This document shows positions 19,572-28,478 of a stretch of 64,000 nt of DNA, in pieces. The position numbers and the translations under genes were made by a program. Where the stretch lies: assembly GCA_963737655.1 (NCBI GenBank), contig CAVTTN010000002.1, forward strand, positions 3,232,001 to 3,296,000, written 5' to 3'. Below the pieces are notes generated by a model that saw only the letters and a program-made list of their open reading frames with translations, had not been told where the DNA came from and made no database searches. Within the stretch, counting starts at the first letter, position 1; the number at the start of each line of letters is the position of its first letter. This DNA is from an uncultured Planctomycetota bacterium (GTDB taxonomy: Bacteria > Planctomycetota > Planctomycetia > Isosphaerales > Isosphaeraceae).

Positions 19572-20303
19572 ATGAGGCCCATGCGACTCTCGACTCGACG
19601 CCTCTCCCGGGCGGTGATCCTGCCCCTGATCGTCGCGTCCCTGGCGGGGTGCTCGGGCATGGCGGCGAGGAAGGCCAAGAAGCTGCCCCAGCCCGGGGTC
19701 GTCGACCTCAGCCAGCCCCGAGAGCTCCAGATGGTCTCCATGCCGTCCTATGTGGTGGAGCCGCCCGACGAGCTGGAAGTCTCGATCCGTCCCACGGCCC
19801 TGGAGTTCTCCACCACGACCCTGATCGTCCGCCAGGACGGGGTGATCGACCTGGGCTTCCTCGGCGATGTTTACGTGGCGGGCCTCACGTTGGAAGAGGT
19901 CGAGCGGAAGATCGCCGAGCACGTCGCGCCTCTGGCGGCCGAGAAACGCCTCCACGACCCGATCCGCGTGTCGGTCCGACTGATCAACGGCAACCAGAGC
20001 AAGCAATATTATGTGCTCGGCACCGTGACCCAGCAGGGCCGGTTTCCCTTGACGGGCAGCGAGACGGTCCTCGATGGCATCCTCCAGGCGGGCCTGCGGT
20101 CCAATAGCCTTCCCGAGAAGGCCTACCTCGTTCGGCCTCGGCCGGGAGGCTGCGGGCCCGATCAGATCCTGCGGATCGATTGGTGCGGGATCCGAGATCG
20201 GGGCGACACCACGACCAACTATCAGATCTTCCCGGGCGACCGGATCATCGTCCCCGGAGGCAAGCCTCCGGGCCTGCTGAGCACCCTGTTCGGCGGCGGT
20301 TGA
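19572..20303 (+). CDS. Polysaccharide biosynthesis/export lipoprotein (Wza/Poly_export plus SLBB)
   Basis: Lipobox LAGC; YVVEPPDEL, VRQDGVIDLGFLGDVYVAGLT, YVLGTV..QG, IFPGDRIIVP. Confidence 0.9.
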   Translation: MRPMRLSTRRLSRAVILPLIVASLAGCSGMAARKAKKLPQPGVVDLSQPRELQMVSMPSYVVEPPDELEVSIRPTALEFSTTTLIVRQDGVIDLGFLGDVYVAGLTLEEVERKIAEHVAPLAAEKRLHDPIRVSVRLINGNQSKQYYVLGTVTQQGRFPLTGSETVLDGILQAGLRSNSLPEKAYLVRPRPGGCGPDQILRIDWCGIRDRGDTTTNYQIFPGDRIIVPGGKPPGLLSTLFGGG

Positions 20304-20426
20304 GGCCGGGGAGCGGAGCCGCCAATTTCCGCCTGGTGGGTTGGGAGCCTCCCGCGATCGAGCCGATCCGGGTAGGATGGTCCGGGTCGTCCGCGGTCTG
20401 CCCGGTCCGTCCAGGAACTTCTGTCC

Positions 20427-21449
20427 ATGCGTGCGGGATTGGTCGGTTTTTCGGGAGGGGGCAAGAGCACCCTGTTCCAGCTTCTCACCGGGGCGACGCC
20501 CGACCCGGGCAAGGTCCATTCCGGGCAGGTGGGCATCGCCACCCTGGCCGACCCCCGCCTGGAGTTCCTCTCCGGCCTCCACAAGCCGAAGAAGATCACG
20601 CCGGCCACCGTCGAGATCCTCGACACCCCGGGCCTGATGCCCGGGAGTCATGGCGATAATCCCCAACGACTTGCGCTGATCCGCGAGGGAGACGCCCTGA
20701 TCATCGTCCTCTCGGGGTTCTCCGGGGGCGACCCGGCGGCCGACCTCTCGGCGTTCCGCGAGGAGTTGCTGTTCGCCGACCTGGGCGTCGTGACCAACCG
20801 GGTCGAGCGGCTCGAAGCCAGCGTGAAGAAGCCCCGGCCCGACCGCGACGCCCAGATGAAAGAGCTGGACGTGGTCAAGAGGGTCCGCGACGCCCTCGAA
20901 TCCGGCCAGCCGATCGCCGGCCTCGACCTGACCGACGAGGAGAAGAAGCCGATGCGCTCCTTCGGCCTCCTCACGGACAAGCCGCAGGTCGTGATTTTGA
21001 ACATCGCCCAGGGCGAGCCCATCCCGGACGCCCTGAAGGCCCTCTCGCCCGACGCCCTGGCCATCGACGCCAAGCTGGAGCTGGAGCTCTCGCAGCTCGA
21101 CGCCGAGGAACGCCGCGGGTTCATGGAAGAGATGGGCATCGCCGACCTCGGCAGGGACCGGATCATCCGCGAGGCGTACAACGCCGTGGGGATCATCACG
21201 TTCTTCACGGCCGGAGAGCCGGAGGTCCGGGGCTGGAACGTCGAGAAGGGCGGGACGGCCGTCGATGCCGCCGGCAAGATCCACACCGACCTGGCCCGGG
21301 GCTTCATCCGCGCCGAGGTCACCGCCTTCGACGACCTCAAAGCCGCCGGCACCGTCAAGGAAGCCAAGGCCCGGAACCTGCAACGGCTCGAAGGCAAGGA
21401 CTACGTCGTCAAGGACGGCGACGTCATGTTCTTCCGCAGCAGCGTGTAA
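20427..21449 (+). CDS. ychF: YchF/OLA1-family ATPase with C-terminal TGS (DUF933) domain, divergent
   Basis: GFSGGGKST, DPRL, DTPGL, ITFFTAGEPEVRGW, AAGKIHTDLARGFIRAEV, RLEGKDYVVKDGDV. Confidence 0.85.
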   Translation: MRAGLVGFSGGGKSTLFQLLTGATPDPGKVHSGQVGIATLADPRLEFLSGLHKPKKITPATVEILDTPGLMPGSHGDNPQRLALIREGDALIIVLSGFSGGDPAADLSAFREELLFADLGVVTNRVERLEASVKKPRPDRDAQMKELDVVKRVRDALESGQPIAGLDLTDEEKKPMRSFGLLTDKPQVVILNIAQGEPIPDALKALSPDALAIDAKLELELSQLDAEERRGFMEEMGIADLGRDRIIREAYNAVGIITFFTAGEPEVRGWNVEKGGTAVDAAGKIHTDLARGFIRAEVTAFDDLKAAGTVKEAKARNLQRLEGKDYVVKDGDVMFFRSSV

Positions 21450-21599
21450 GCGACCCGGGGTACATCCGTCACGAGCCCGACATTCGGACGATTCGCTACA
21501 ACCGTTAAAGTCCCTCGCAAGCCTCGTCGATCAACCTAGAGACGAGGAGGGTTTCCGTCGGAAGACCGACGCCTCCGCGGCTCGAAGAGGAGCGAGGGC

Positions 21600-23207
21600 T
21601 TGACCGGTCCATCCGCCATCTACCGGGGCTGCCTCCCGAGCGCCCGTCGGCCTCGACCGGAGATCCGGGCGTGGTGGTCGGCTCTCGGCATGCTCCTCGT
21701 GGTCTCGGGCTGTGCTTCCTCCGGTCGCAAGCCGGTGGACGACACGTCCCCCCTGTCAACGCCCCCGCCGATCATCGGCCGGAACGAGCCGGGCCGCCCG
21801 GACGTCGATCCGGCCGTCTCGACGGCCTCGGCGACGGCCCCGGCCCCGGCCCCGGTCGCCGCCGAGCCGAAGGACGCCCCCGACTCGGCCCCGGCCGCTT
21901 CGGAAGGCGTCAGGGCCGATCCGGTGGACCCCCCGGCGACCTGGGATCCGAAAATCGAGCCGGCAGGCTGCCCAACCTGCGGGGGCCGGGCCGGGATTTC
22001 CGCCAATCCGGCGCCAAATCCCTCGTGCACCACCTGCGGGGGCACCGGATGCTCCCCGGGCAGCGCCGCCTGCTACCCGTTCCCGGCCACGACCCACCTG
22101 GGCCGGTTCGTCGGCGGCCTGTACGAATGCCTCTGCTGCCCCGATCCATGCTATCAACCAAGCTGGGTGCCCGAATCCAACGCGTCGTTCTTCCTCGACT
22201 ACGCCCGTCCCCGGACCATCACCCGGTTCCGCGTCGACGAGGCGCTCGATATGAACTTTCCCGACCGCAACGAGTTCTTCTGGGCCCGGGACGACGGCAA
22301 GGGCAAGGGGCCGAGCCTGCCGAAGTCCATGAGCTCCTCCAGTTCGTCCTCCAACTCCACAACCAAGGCTGCCAAGACGACCTCGACGGCCCAGACTGCC
22401 ACGGCCGTCTCGCCTCTGGGCCGTCCCCCGGGGGTATCGGGTTCGGCGGCCGGCCGGGCGGCGGGCAACCCGGCGGGCCGACCGCCGAACCTGGTCGTCA
22501 CGACCACGCCCGCCCCCCACGCGACCCATACGGCGGTCCATCATACCCTGAAGGGCCAGCCGGGCCTCACGAGTTATCAGCAATTGTACTTTTATCAGGA
22601 AGCTGCCGCCGGTAACGGATCCTTCTTCGTGGAAATGCCGTATCGCTCGGTCGACCCGGACATCGGCCCGAGGAAGTCGGGATTCGGCGACGTGAACCTC
22701 GGCACCAAGGCCCTCCTGTTCGATTGCGAGCTGCTCCAGATCGCCTTCCAGTTCCGCACCTACTTGCCTTCGGGCCAATCGGTGAAGGGTCTGGGGACGG
22801 GACATACCACGCTGGAGCCGGGCCTCCTCGCGTCGCTCCGCCTCGGGCCGACGACCTCTCTCCAGGGGCAGATCGCCGAATGGATCCCGATCGCCGGCGA
22901 CCCGAATTACTCGGGGGCCCTGCTCCGCTACGGTCTGAGCCTGAACCAGGTGCTCTATCGATTCACGCCGAACTCCCCGTTGATCGGCACCCTGGAATAT
23001 CAGGGGATCTCGTTCCAGGACGGGCTCTACACCGATCCCCTGCTCGGCGCGACGAAGTCCAGCGGGTCGAGCTACGCCTCGCTCGGCCCCGGCCTCCGGG
23101 CCGTGGTCTGCGACAAGGTGGACTTCGGGCTCGGCACCAACTTCACGTTGACCGATCATAACTTCTTCCATCAGCTCTATCGATTCGAAGTGCGATTCCT
23201 CTATTGA
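21600..23207 (+). CDS. Hypothetical lipoprotein with a Cys-rich segment and a C-terminal putative outer-membrane beta-barrel
   Basis: AGGAG plus TTG start; lipobox VSGC; SGFGDVNLGTK...GLGTGH transporter-like motif; terminal YRFEVRFLY. Confidence 0.75.
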   Translation: MTGPSAIYRGCLPSARRPRPEIRAWWSALGMLLVVSGCASSGRKPVDDTSPLSTPPPIIGRNEPGRPDVDPAVSTASATAPAPAPVAAEPKDAPDSAPAASEGVRADPVDPPATWDPKIEPAGCPTCGGRAGISANPAPNPSCTTCGGTGCSPGSAACYPFPATTHLGRFVGGLYECLCCPDPCYQPSWVPESNASFFLDYARPRTITRFRVDEALDMNFPDRNEFFWARDDGKGKGPSLPKSMSSSSSSSNSTTKAAKTTSTAQTATAVSPLGRPPGVSGSAAGRAAGNPAGRPPNLVVTTTPAPHATHTAVHHTLKGQPGLTSYQQLYFYQEAAAGNGSFFVEMPYRSVDPDIGPRKSGFGDVNLGTKALLFDCELLQIAFQFRTYLPSGQSVKGLGTGHTTLEPGLLASLRLGPTTSLQGQIAEWIPIAGDPNYSGALLRYGLSLNQVLYRFTPNSPLIGTLEYQGISFQDGLYTDPLLGATKSSGSSYASLGPGLRAVVCDKVDFGLGTNFTLTDHNFFHQLYRFEVRFLY

Positions 23208-23211
23208 AATT

Positions 23212-23240
23212 GAGGGGAGTCGGGCCCCTCGACTCCCCTC
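23212..23240 (+). terminator. GC-rich stem-loop after the gene end
   Basis: GAGGGGAGTCG-7 nt-CGACTCCCCTC (11-bp stem); no U tract. Confidence 0.45.
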
Positions 23241-23295
23241 GCGGGCCGTCGTATGATCCGATCCGGGCTCGTCACCCCGAGCCGGGAGGATCATC

Positions 23296-24207
23296 ATGCC
23301 CCGAGTGACCCGTCGCGCGTTCCTGGGAGGGGCCGCGAGCCTCGCCCTGGCCGGCCCCCCGTCCCTGGCCCGGGCCATCGACCCCATCGGGCGGACCCGC
23401 CCGTCTCACCTGAAGCTCAGCCTGGCGGCCTACTCGTTCCGCCAGGAGCTGGACTTCAAGGCGAAGAAGATGGACATGTTCGACTTCATCGACCTCGCCG
23501 CCGACCTCGGCCTCGACGGCGTGGAGCCGACGTCGTACTGGTTCCCGCCGGATTCCGGCTCGGACTATTTCCACCGCCTCCGCCAGCACGCGTTCCGGCT
23601 CGGCCTGGACATCTCGGGCACGGCGATCCGCAACGATTTCTGCCTGCCCGAAGGCCCGAAGCGAGACGAGGACCTCGCCGCCGTCCGGGGCTGGATCGAC
23701 CGCGCCGCCGAGCTTTCCGCGCCGGTGATCCGCGTCTTCGGGGGGACCGCGCCGAAGGGGGAGGACGAGGCGAAGGTGATCGAGCGGGTGATCGCCGGGA
23801 TCGAGAGCGTCCTGCCCCACGCGGCCGATCGGGGCGTGGCCTTGGCGATCGAGAATCACGGAGGGATCACCAATCGGCCCGAGCAGTTGCTCAAGATCGT
23901 CCGGGGCGTGAAGGCGCCTCGTGGCTGCTTCGGGGTGAACCTCGACACGGGGAACTTCCACGGCCCCGACGTCTATGCGGACCTCGCCGAGCTGGCCCCA
24001 TACGCCCTGAACGTCCAGGTCAAGACCGAGATTTCCCCACAGGGCCAGAAGAAGGAAGACGCCGACCTGTCCCGGGTCGTCGGCATCTTGCGAGAGGCCA
24101 AATACTCCGGCTACGTGGTCCTCGAATACGAGGCCGCCGAGGAGGCCCGGACGGCGGTGCCTCGCCACATCAAGACGTTGCGGGAGATCCTCAAGGCGGG
24201 AGCCTGA
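23296..24207 (+). CDS. Tat-exported sugar phosphate isomerase/epimerase (xylose isomerase-like TIM barrel)
   Basis: TRRAFL Tat motif; LAAYSFR, IRVFGG, IENHGG, NLDTGNF, LEYE. Confidence 0.9.
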   Translation: MPRVTRRAFLGGAASLALAGPPSLARAIDPIGRTRPSHLKLSLAAYSFRQELDFKAKKMDMFDFIDLAADLGLDGVEPTSYWFPPDSGSDYFHRLRQHAFRLGLDISGTAIRNDFCLPEGPKRDEDLAAVRGWIDRAAELSAPVIRVFGGTAPKGEDEAKVIERVIAGIESVLPHAADRGVALAIENHGGITNRPEQLLKIVRGVKAPRGCFGVNLDTGNFHGPDVYADLAELAPYALNVQVKTEISPQGQKKEDADLSRVVGILREAKYSGYVVLEYEAAEEARTAVPRHIKTLREILKAGA

Positions 24208-24247
24208 ATGGTGTCCCTGGCGTTCCTGAGTTCGGGCTAGCGGGATT

Positions 24248-24295
24248 GTGGGCGGGCTTTGCCCGCCGCGGGTTGGTGCATTTCATGCACCCTAC
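24248..24295. repeat. GC hairpin plus family-C REP module
   Basis: GTGGGCGGGCtttGCCCGCC...GGTGCATTTCATGCACCCTAC, matching 8075-8123. Confidence 0.85.
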
Positions 24296-24324
24296 ATGAA
24301 GGCTCATCCCCTCACCATGCGCCT

Positions 24325-27096
24325 TCACTTGTAGGGTTCCGCGAATCGGCGGATTTCGCTTGCGGAGGCCCTGGCGACCTCGGTCCCGGCGGCCTTCTCG
24401 GCGGCCTCGGCGGATTTGGCGGCCTCGGCGGCCCGGCCGGCGTCGCTTTCGAGGACGGCCAGTCCGTAGTGGGCTTCGAACAGGGCGGGCTCCGCGGCGA
24501 TCGCCGATCGGTAGAGCCTCCTCGCGGTCGGGAAATCCCCTTCGACGAGGTAGGTGACCGCGACCCTCGCGTCGCGGACCGCCGGCCGGGGCGGGTTCGC
24601 GGCCTCTTGCCAGGCTTTTCTCGCCAGGTCGGGACGGCCGAGGTGCAGGCGGAGCGTGGCGAGGCGGTCGGAGACTTCCCACGGCCGGGATTCGGGCCGC
24701 CGATAGGCGTCTTCCAGGACGTCGGCGGCCGACGCGGCCCGGCCGAGCTCCAGGTAGCGATTCACGAGCCGATCGAGCTCGCCCAGGTTGTTCCAGGACC
24801 GCGAGACCGGCTCGGCGAGGACGGCCCGGGTCCTGGCCAGCTCGGGCTTGAGGCTCTCCAGGACTCGTTCTTGCATCGGGCTCATGGGTCCGTCGATCAG
24901 GATTTCGGCCCACGGCCCGGCGGCTTCGTACATCAGCCGATCGTGGGCGTACACGCCGAACAGCGAGGTGGCGGTCAGCAGGTCGTTCGGGTCGCGAAGC
25001 GCGGCCTGTTCCAGGGCGTAGGTCGCCCGGACGGCCGAGAGGTCGAAGATCGGGTCGAACGGCATGCGGAACCGGGGGATCGGCTCGATGGTGGAGCCCA
25101 CCTCGCGAAGCAGTTGGATCTGGCCCAGGAGCCTCCACGGCTCGGCCGGGGAGCCGTCCAGCTCCAGGGCCCGGCGCGCGTGACCGAGGCCCAGGGCGAT
25201 CATCGCCGACGCAAGATCTCGCCTCTTGTTCAGCCCGATCAGCCCTCCGGCGTGATTCTTGAGGCTCTTGGCCGACGCCACGAGCCCGGCGAACCCCGAG
25301 GGCTCGAACCTCGGCTCCCGGCCGAAATGACGGGCGGCGAAGTCCACCGGCTTGAGCCCGGGATTGACCCCCGAATGCAGGTGGACCGAGGCGATCGGGT
25401 CGTACCAGACGCACCTCCAGGACGGGTCGCCCAGGACGGCCGCGCCGGTCGATCCCATCCGGGGCTGGACGTGGTCGATCAGGAGGCCGGGCGTCGTCGG
25501 GTCGCCCATCGCCTCGATCTGCTCGCTCCACCCCGGCCGGTCGCCGTTGATCGCCTTGCCGAGGTCCGCGTCCCGGCCGTAGACCTCGGGCCCCATCACT
25601 TCGAGGCGAGCATCCGCGAAGACTTTTTGATTCGGGGAATTGTAATATTCGAACAGGCCGGCATGGCCATCGTGGAACACGAACCAGCGGCGGGGCATCC
25701 CCTCGGACCCCGCGAACCTGGCGGCGGCGTGGGGAAACCACAGGGGCCGCTCGCCCCATCCGACGGTCCGGCCCTCTTTGGCCCAGGCGTAGAACCGGCC
25801 CGAGCCGACGATCGCGATCGCCGCGACCAGGACGGCGAACGCGGCGGCCCGGGGCGGCCACGGGCGCACCGCCTTGCCTCGCTCGGACCGCCATCGGGCC
25901 ACGGCGCCGGCCCATTCGCCGATGTTCCAGGCCGTGACCGTCCCCACCACGGCCGCGAACTGGTGGCTGTTGCGGGTCGCCTTCCAGCTCAGCAGGCTGA
26001 ACAGGACGAACAGGAGGAGCCGGAACACCCCCTGCGACCACTCCGAGGCGGGGGGCGGGGCGTCCGCCTTGTTCTTCTTCTTCTTGCGGGCCTTCTTCGG
26101 CGTCCCGGTCGGCTCGGGCTCGGGAGGCGCCGACCTCCTCTTGGCGGCCTTCCAGAACACCGGCAGGAGGAAGCTCAGCCCGCCGAGGAACAGGGTGGTG
26201 AAATGGAGCTGCAGAGGCAGGTTGGCCAGGCCCGCCTTGGCGATGAAGTCATCCAGGGGTTGAAGTTCCTGGATGTCCTTGAACACCGGGTTGTTCATCG
26301 TCCCGAAGAGTTCGAGCGGATAGAGGGCGCCGAAAATCCCGTAGGGGTTGAGCAGGCAGGCCACGCCGGTCGCGACCGAGCCGGCGAGGACCATCCGCCA
26401 CCACGGCCGCCTCTCGGGCGAGAACGCCCCGGGCGCCGCCGCCGCGTCGATCAGGGCGAGCGTCAACAGGATCGGCCCGAAGACGAACAGCCCCTGAGTG
26501 TTCACCCAGAACAGCTCCAGGACCGGCAGCAGCCAGATGAGCTTCGGCGACCGGCCGATCCGGAACAGGACCGCGAGGAAGCCGGCGAGATAGAGCAACG
26601 TGAGCGTCTCGGGCCTCACGTACATCCGCCCGCTGAGCACCAGCAACGCGGGGAGCCACGCCAGGATCATCATCGAGACCGGCCAAGCTCGCCGCCGGGC
26701 GGTGATCAGGAGGCCCACGGCCAGGGTCGTCACCACGCACTTGGCCACGTTCGTGGCATCGACCCCGCCGATCGAGTGGAGCGCGCTCAACGACACCTGG
26801 AATCCCCAGTGAAGGTCGATCCAGGGATGATCGGCCGCGCCGAAGGTGTACCAGTCGCGATGGGGCAGGCGCCCGGTCTGGCGGATCAGGTCGCCGGTGC
26901 GGAGGTGCCACCAGAAATCGGTGTCGTTGAGCGGGAAGACGCCGAGCAAGAACGTGAGGCCGAGGAAGAGCGCGACGAGGAAGACGTCCACCATCCGACC
27001 CGATCGCGAGTCGGCCGAGACCTCGGCGCGAGCGGCCTGTTTCGGGGTCGGAGAGGCCGCGACGGGGGCCGGCGACGAGGCGGATCGACGGGGCAT
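24325..27096 (-). CDS. Polytopic membrane protein (putative GT-C fold glycosyltransferase) with C-terminal TPR-like repeats
   Basis: DTDFWWHLRTG in the first loop, WIDLHW, RPE, WVNTQG, LLNPYG, about 10 TM segments, FADARLEV, helical TPR-like C-terminus. Confidence 0.8.
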   Translation of the reverse strand: MPRRSASSPAPVAASPTPKQAARAEVSADSRSGRMVDVFLVALFLGLTFLLGVFPLNDTDFWWHLRTGDLIRQTGRLPHRDWYTFGAADHPWIDLHWGFQVSLSALHSIGGVDATNVAKCVVTTLAVGLLITARRRAWPVSMMILAWLPALLVLSGRMYVRPETLTLLYLAGFLAVLFRIGRSPKLIWLLPVLELFWVNTQGLFVFGPILLTLALIDAAAAPGAFSPERRPWWRMVLAGSVATGVACLLNPYGIFGALYPLELFGTMNNPVFKDIQELQPLDDFIAKAGLANLPLQLHFTTLFLGGLSFLLPVFWKAAKRRSAPPEPEPTGTPKKARKKKKNKADAPPPASEWSQGVFRLLLFVLFSLLSWKATRNSHQFAAVVGTVTAWNIGEWAGAVARWRSERGKAVRPWPPRAAAFAVLVAAIAIVGSGRFYAWAKEGRTVGWGERPLWFPHAAARFAGSEGMPRRWFVFHDGHAGLFEYYNSPNQKVFADARLEVMGPEVYGRDADLGKAINGDRPGWSEQIEAMGDPTTPGLLIDHVQPRMGSTGAAVLGDPSWRCVWYDPIASVHLHSGVNPGLKPVDFAARHFGREPRFEPSGFAGLVASAKSLKNHAGGLIGLNKRRDLASAMIALGLGHARRALELDGSPAEPWRLLGQIQLLREVGSTIEPIPRFRMPFDPIFDLSAVRATYALEQAALRDPNDLLTATSLFGVYAHDRLMYEAAGPWAEILIDGPMSPMQERVLESLKPELARTRAVLAEPVSRSWNNLGELDRLVNRYLELGRAASAADVLEDAYRRPESRPWEVSDRLATLRLHLGRPDLARKAWQEAANPPRPAVRDARVAVTYLVEGDFPTARRLYRSAIAAEPALFEAHYGLAVLESDAGRAAEAAKSAEAAEKAAGTEVARASASEIRRFAEPYK

Positions 27097-27290
27097 CAAC
27101 TCGATTCCAGGGCGTTTCCGGGGCGGGACGGCGTTCGTCCTGAGTCTAACCGCCGTTCCGGAGCGCGGTCGAGGGGGAGATCGGGCCGAAACGGCGCCGA
27201 CGATTGTTTCGGCACGGCCGGGGTGATAGGCTCGGGCCCGCCCCGAGGGTCTCTCGGGGCCTCGATCGGTCCTCCCGGGAGTTTCCCACG

Positions 27291-28070
27291 ATGCGCAGGC
27301 TTTCGCGGCTCGGCTTCCTCTTCCTGGTCCCCGCGATGACGGTCCGGGCCGCCGACGAGGCGCCGAAGGTCGGCGACAAGGCGCCCGAGTTCTCGATGGT
27401 CGGCTCCGACGGCAAGACGTACAAGCTCTCCGACTTCAAGGGCAAGAAGGCCGTGGTCGTGGCCTGGTTCCCCAAGGCGTTCACCGGCGGATGCACGGCC
27501 GAATGCAAGTCGTTCCGCGAGAAGGGGGACGCTCTCAAGGGCCTGAACGTCGCGTACTTCACGGCCAGCGTCGACCCGGCCGAGGAGAACAAGAAGTTCG
27601 CCGAGTCGCTGAGCCTGGACTACCCGATCCTCAGCGACCCCGACAAGGCGGTGGCCAAGGCCTACGGCGTGCTCGGCCCCCGGGGCATGGCGCAGAGGTG
27701 GACGTTCTACATCGATAAAGACGGCGTCATCAAGGAGATCGACAAGAAGGTCAACACCGGCCAGGCCGCGCCCGACGCCGCGGCGAAGCTGAAGAGCCTG
27801 GGCCTGGGCTCCTGGAGAAGCGCCGGCTTTCAGACCCCGCGCTGGGCCCGGGCCCAGCGGGTCTTCAGATCGCCGAGGATTCGCCAGAAGAGGGGGCTGT
27901 GCATGACCCCCTTGACCCTCCCGCAGCCCGAGGCGTCGAACGTCTCGGGCTCGGTGTACTCCAGGTGGTGCGCCACCTCGTGGAGGAACGTGTCGAAGAG
28001 TTCTTCCAGGGGGCGACGGCCGGTGGTCCGGTCGTGGGTGTACACGCGGACGAGCCGCCTCCGGCGATAA
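27291..28070 (+). CDS. Secreted peroxiredoxin (BCP/AhpC-TSA); the true end is probably near 27814
   Basis: Signal peptide, VGDKAPEF, WFPKAFTGGCTAEC, YPILSD, RWTFYIDKDG. After the fold ends, the ORF reads on antisense into the next gene. Confidence 0.88.
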   Translation: MRRLSRLGFLFLVPAMTVRAADEAPKVGDKAPEFSMVGSDGKTYKLSDFKGKKAVVVAWFPKAFTGGCTAECKSFREKGDALKGLNVAYFTASVDPAEENKKFAESLSLDYPILSDPDKAVAKAYGVLGPRGMAQRWTFYIDKDGVIKEIDKKVNTGQAAPDAAAKLKSLGLGSWRSAGFQTPRWARAQRVFRSPRIRQKRGLCMTPLTLPQPEASNVSGSVYSRWCATSWRNVSKSSSRGRRPVVRSWVYTRTSRLRR

Positions 28071-28357
28071 TAGCCGCCGAGCATCCGCGACGTCGGACGG
28101 ATGTTCATGTCGATGTCGAATTCGGCCCGGCAGGCATGAATGCGTTCGAGGCGCGTCCGGAACAGCGGGGCGAGGGCCGAGACCGGCGGCTCGAACGCCC
28201 GGAGCCTGGGGGCGAGATCGGTCGTCGGCGAGGCCTCGACCACGAGACGGCCGCCGATCCTCCGGGCCCTCTCGGCCAGGTCGGCGAGGTCGAACTCGTC
28301 CGGGTCGATCCATTGCCGCCCGCCGTTGGGCAGAACGATCCAGTAACTCTCGGGCAT
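27830..28357 (-). CDS. Small SprT-like zinc metalloprotease
   Basis: LGGYY, TFLHEVAHH (HExxH), downstream HSPLFW. Confidence 0.7.
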   Translation of the reverse strand: MPESYWIVLPNGGRQWIDPDEFDLADLAERARRIGGRLVVEASPTTDLAPRLRAFEPPVSALAPLFRTRLERIHACRAEFDIDMNIRPTSRMLGGYYRRRRLVRVYTHDRTTGRRPLEELFDTFLHEVAHHLEYTEPETFDASGCGRVKGVMHSPLFWRILGDLKTRWARAQRGV

Positions 28358-28478
28358 GGGCGATCGCGCGAGCGTTCGAGGTGAGGGGAGGACGGCCGCC
28401 TCAGGCCGCCTCGCGATGCGTCTCATCGTACCATCGGACGTCGCGAGTTGTCAGTCCGTGACGGCCCCGCGAGATGGG

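Noticed and set aside
24259..27339. 1026-aa ORF on the + strand, and the many similar long overlapping ORFs
   Set aside because: Antisense shadow of the GT-C/TPR gene.
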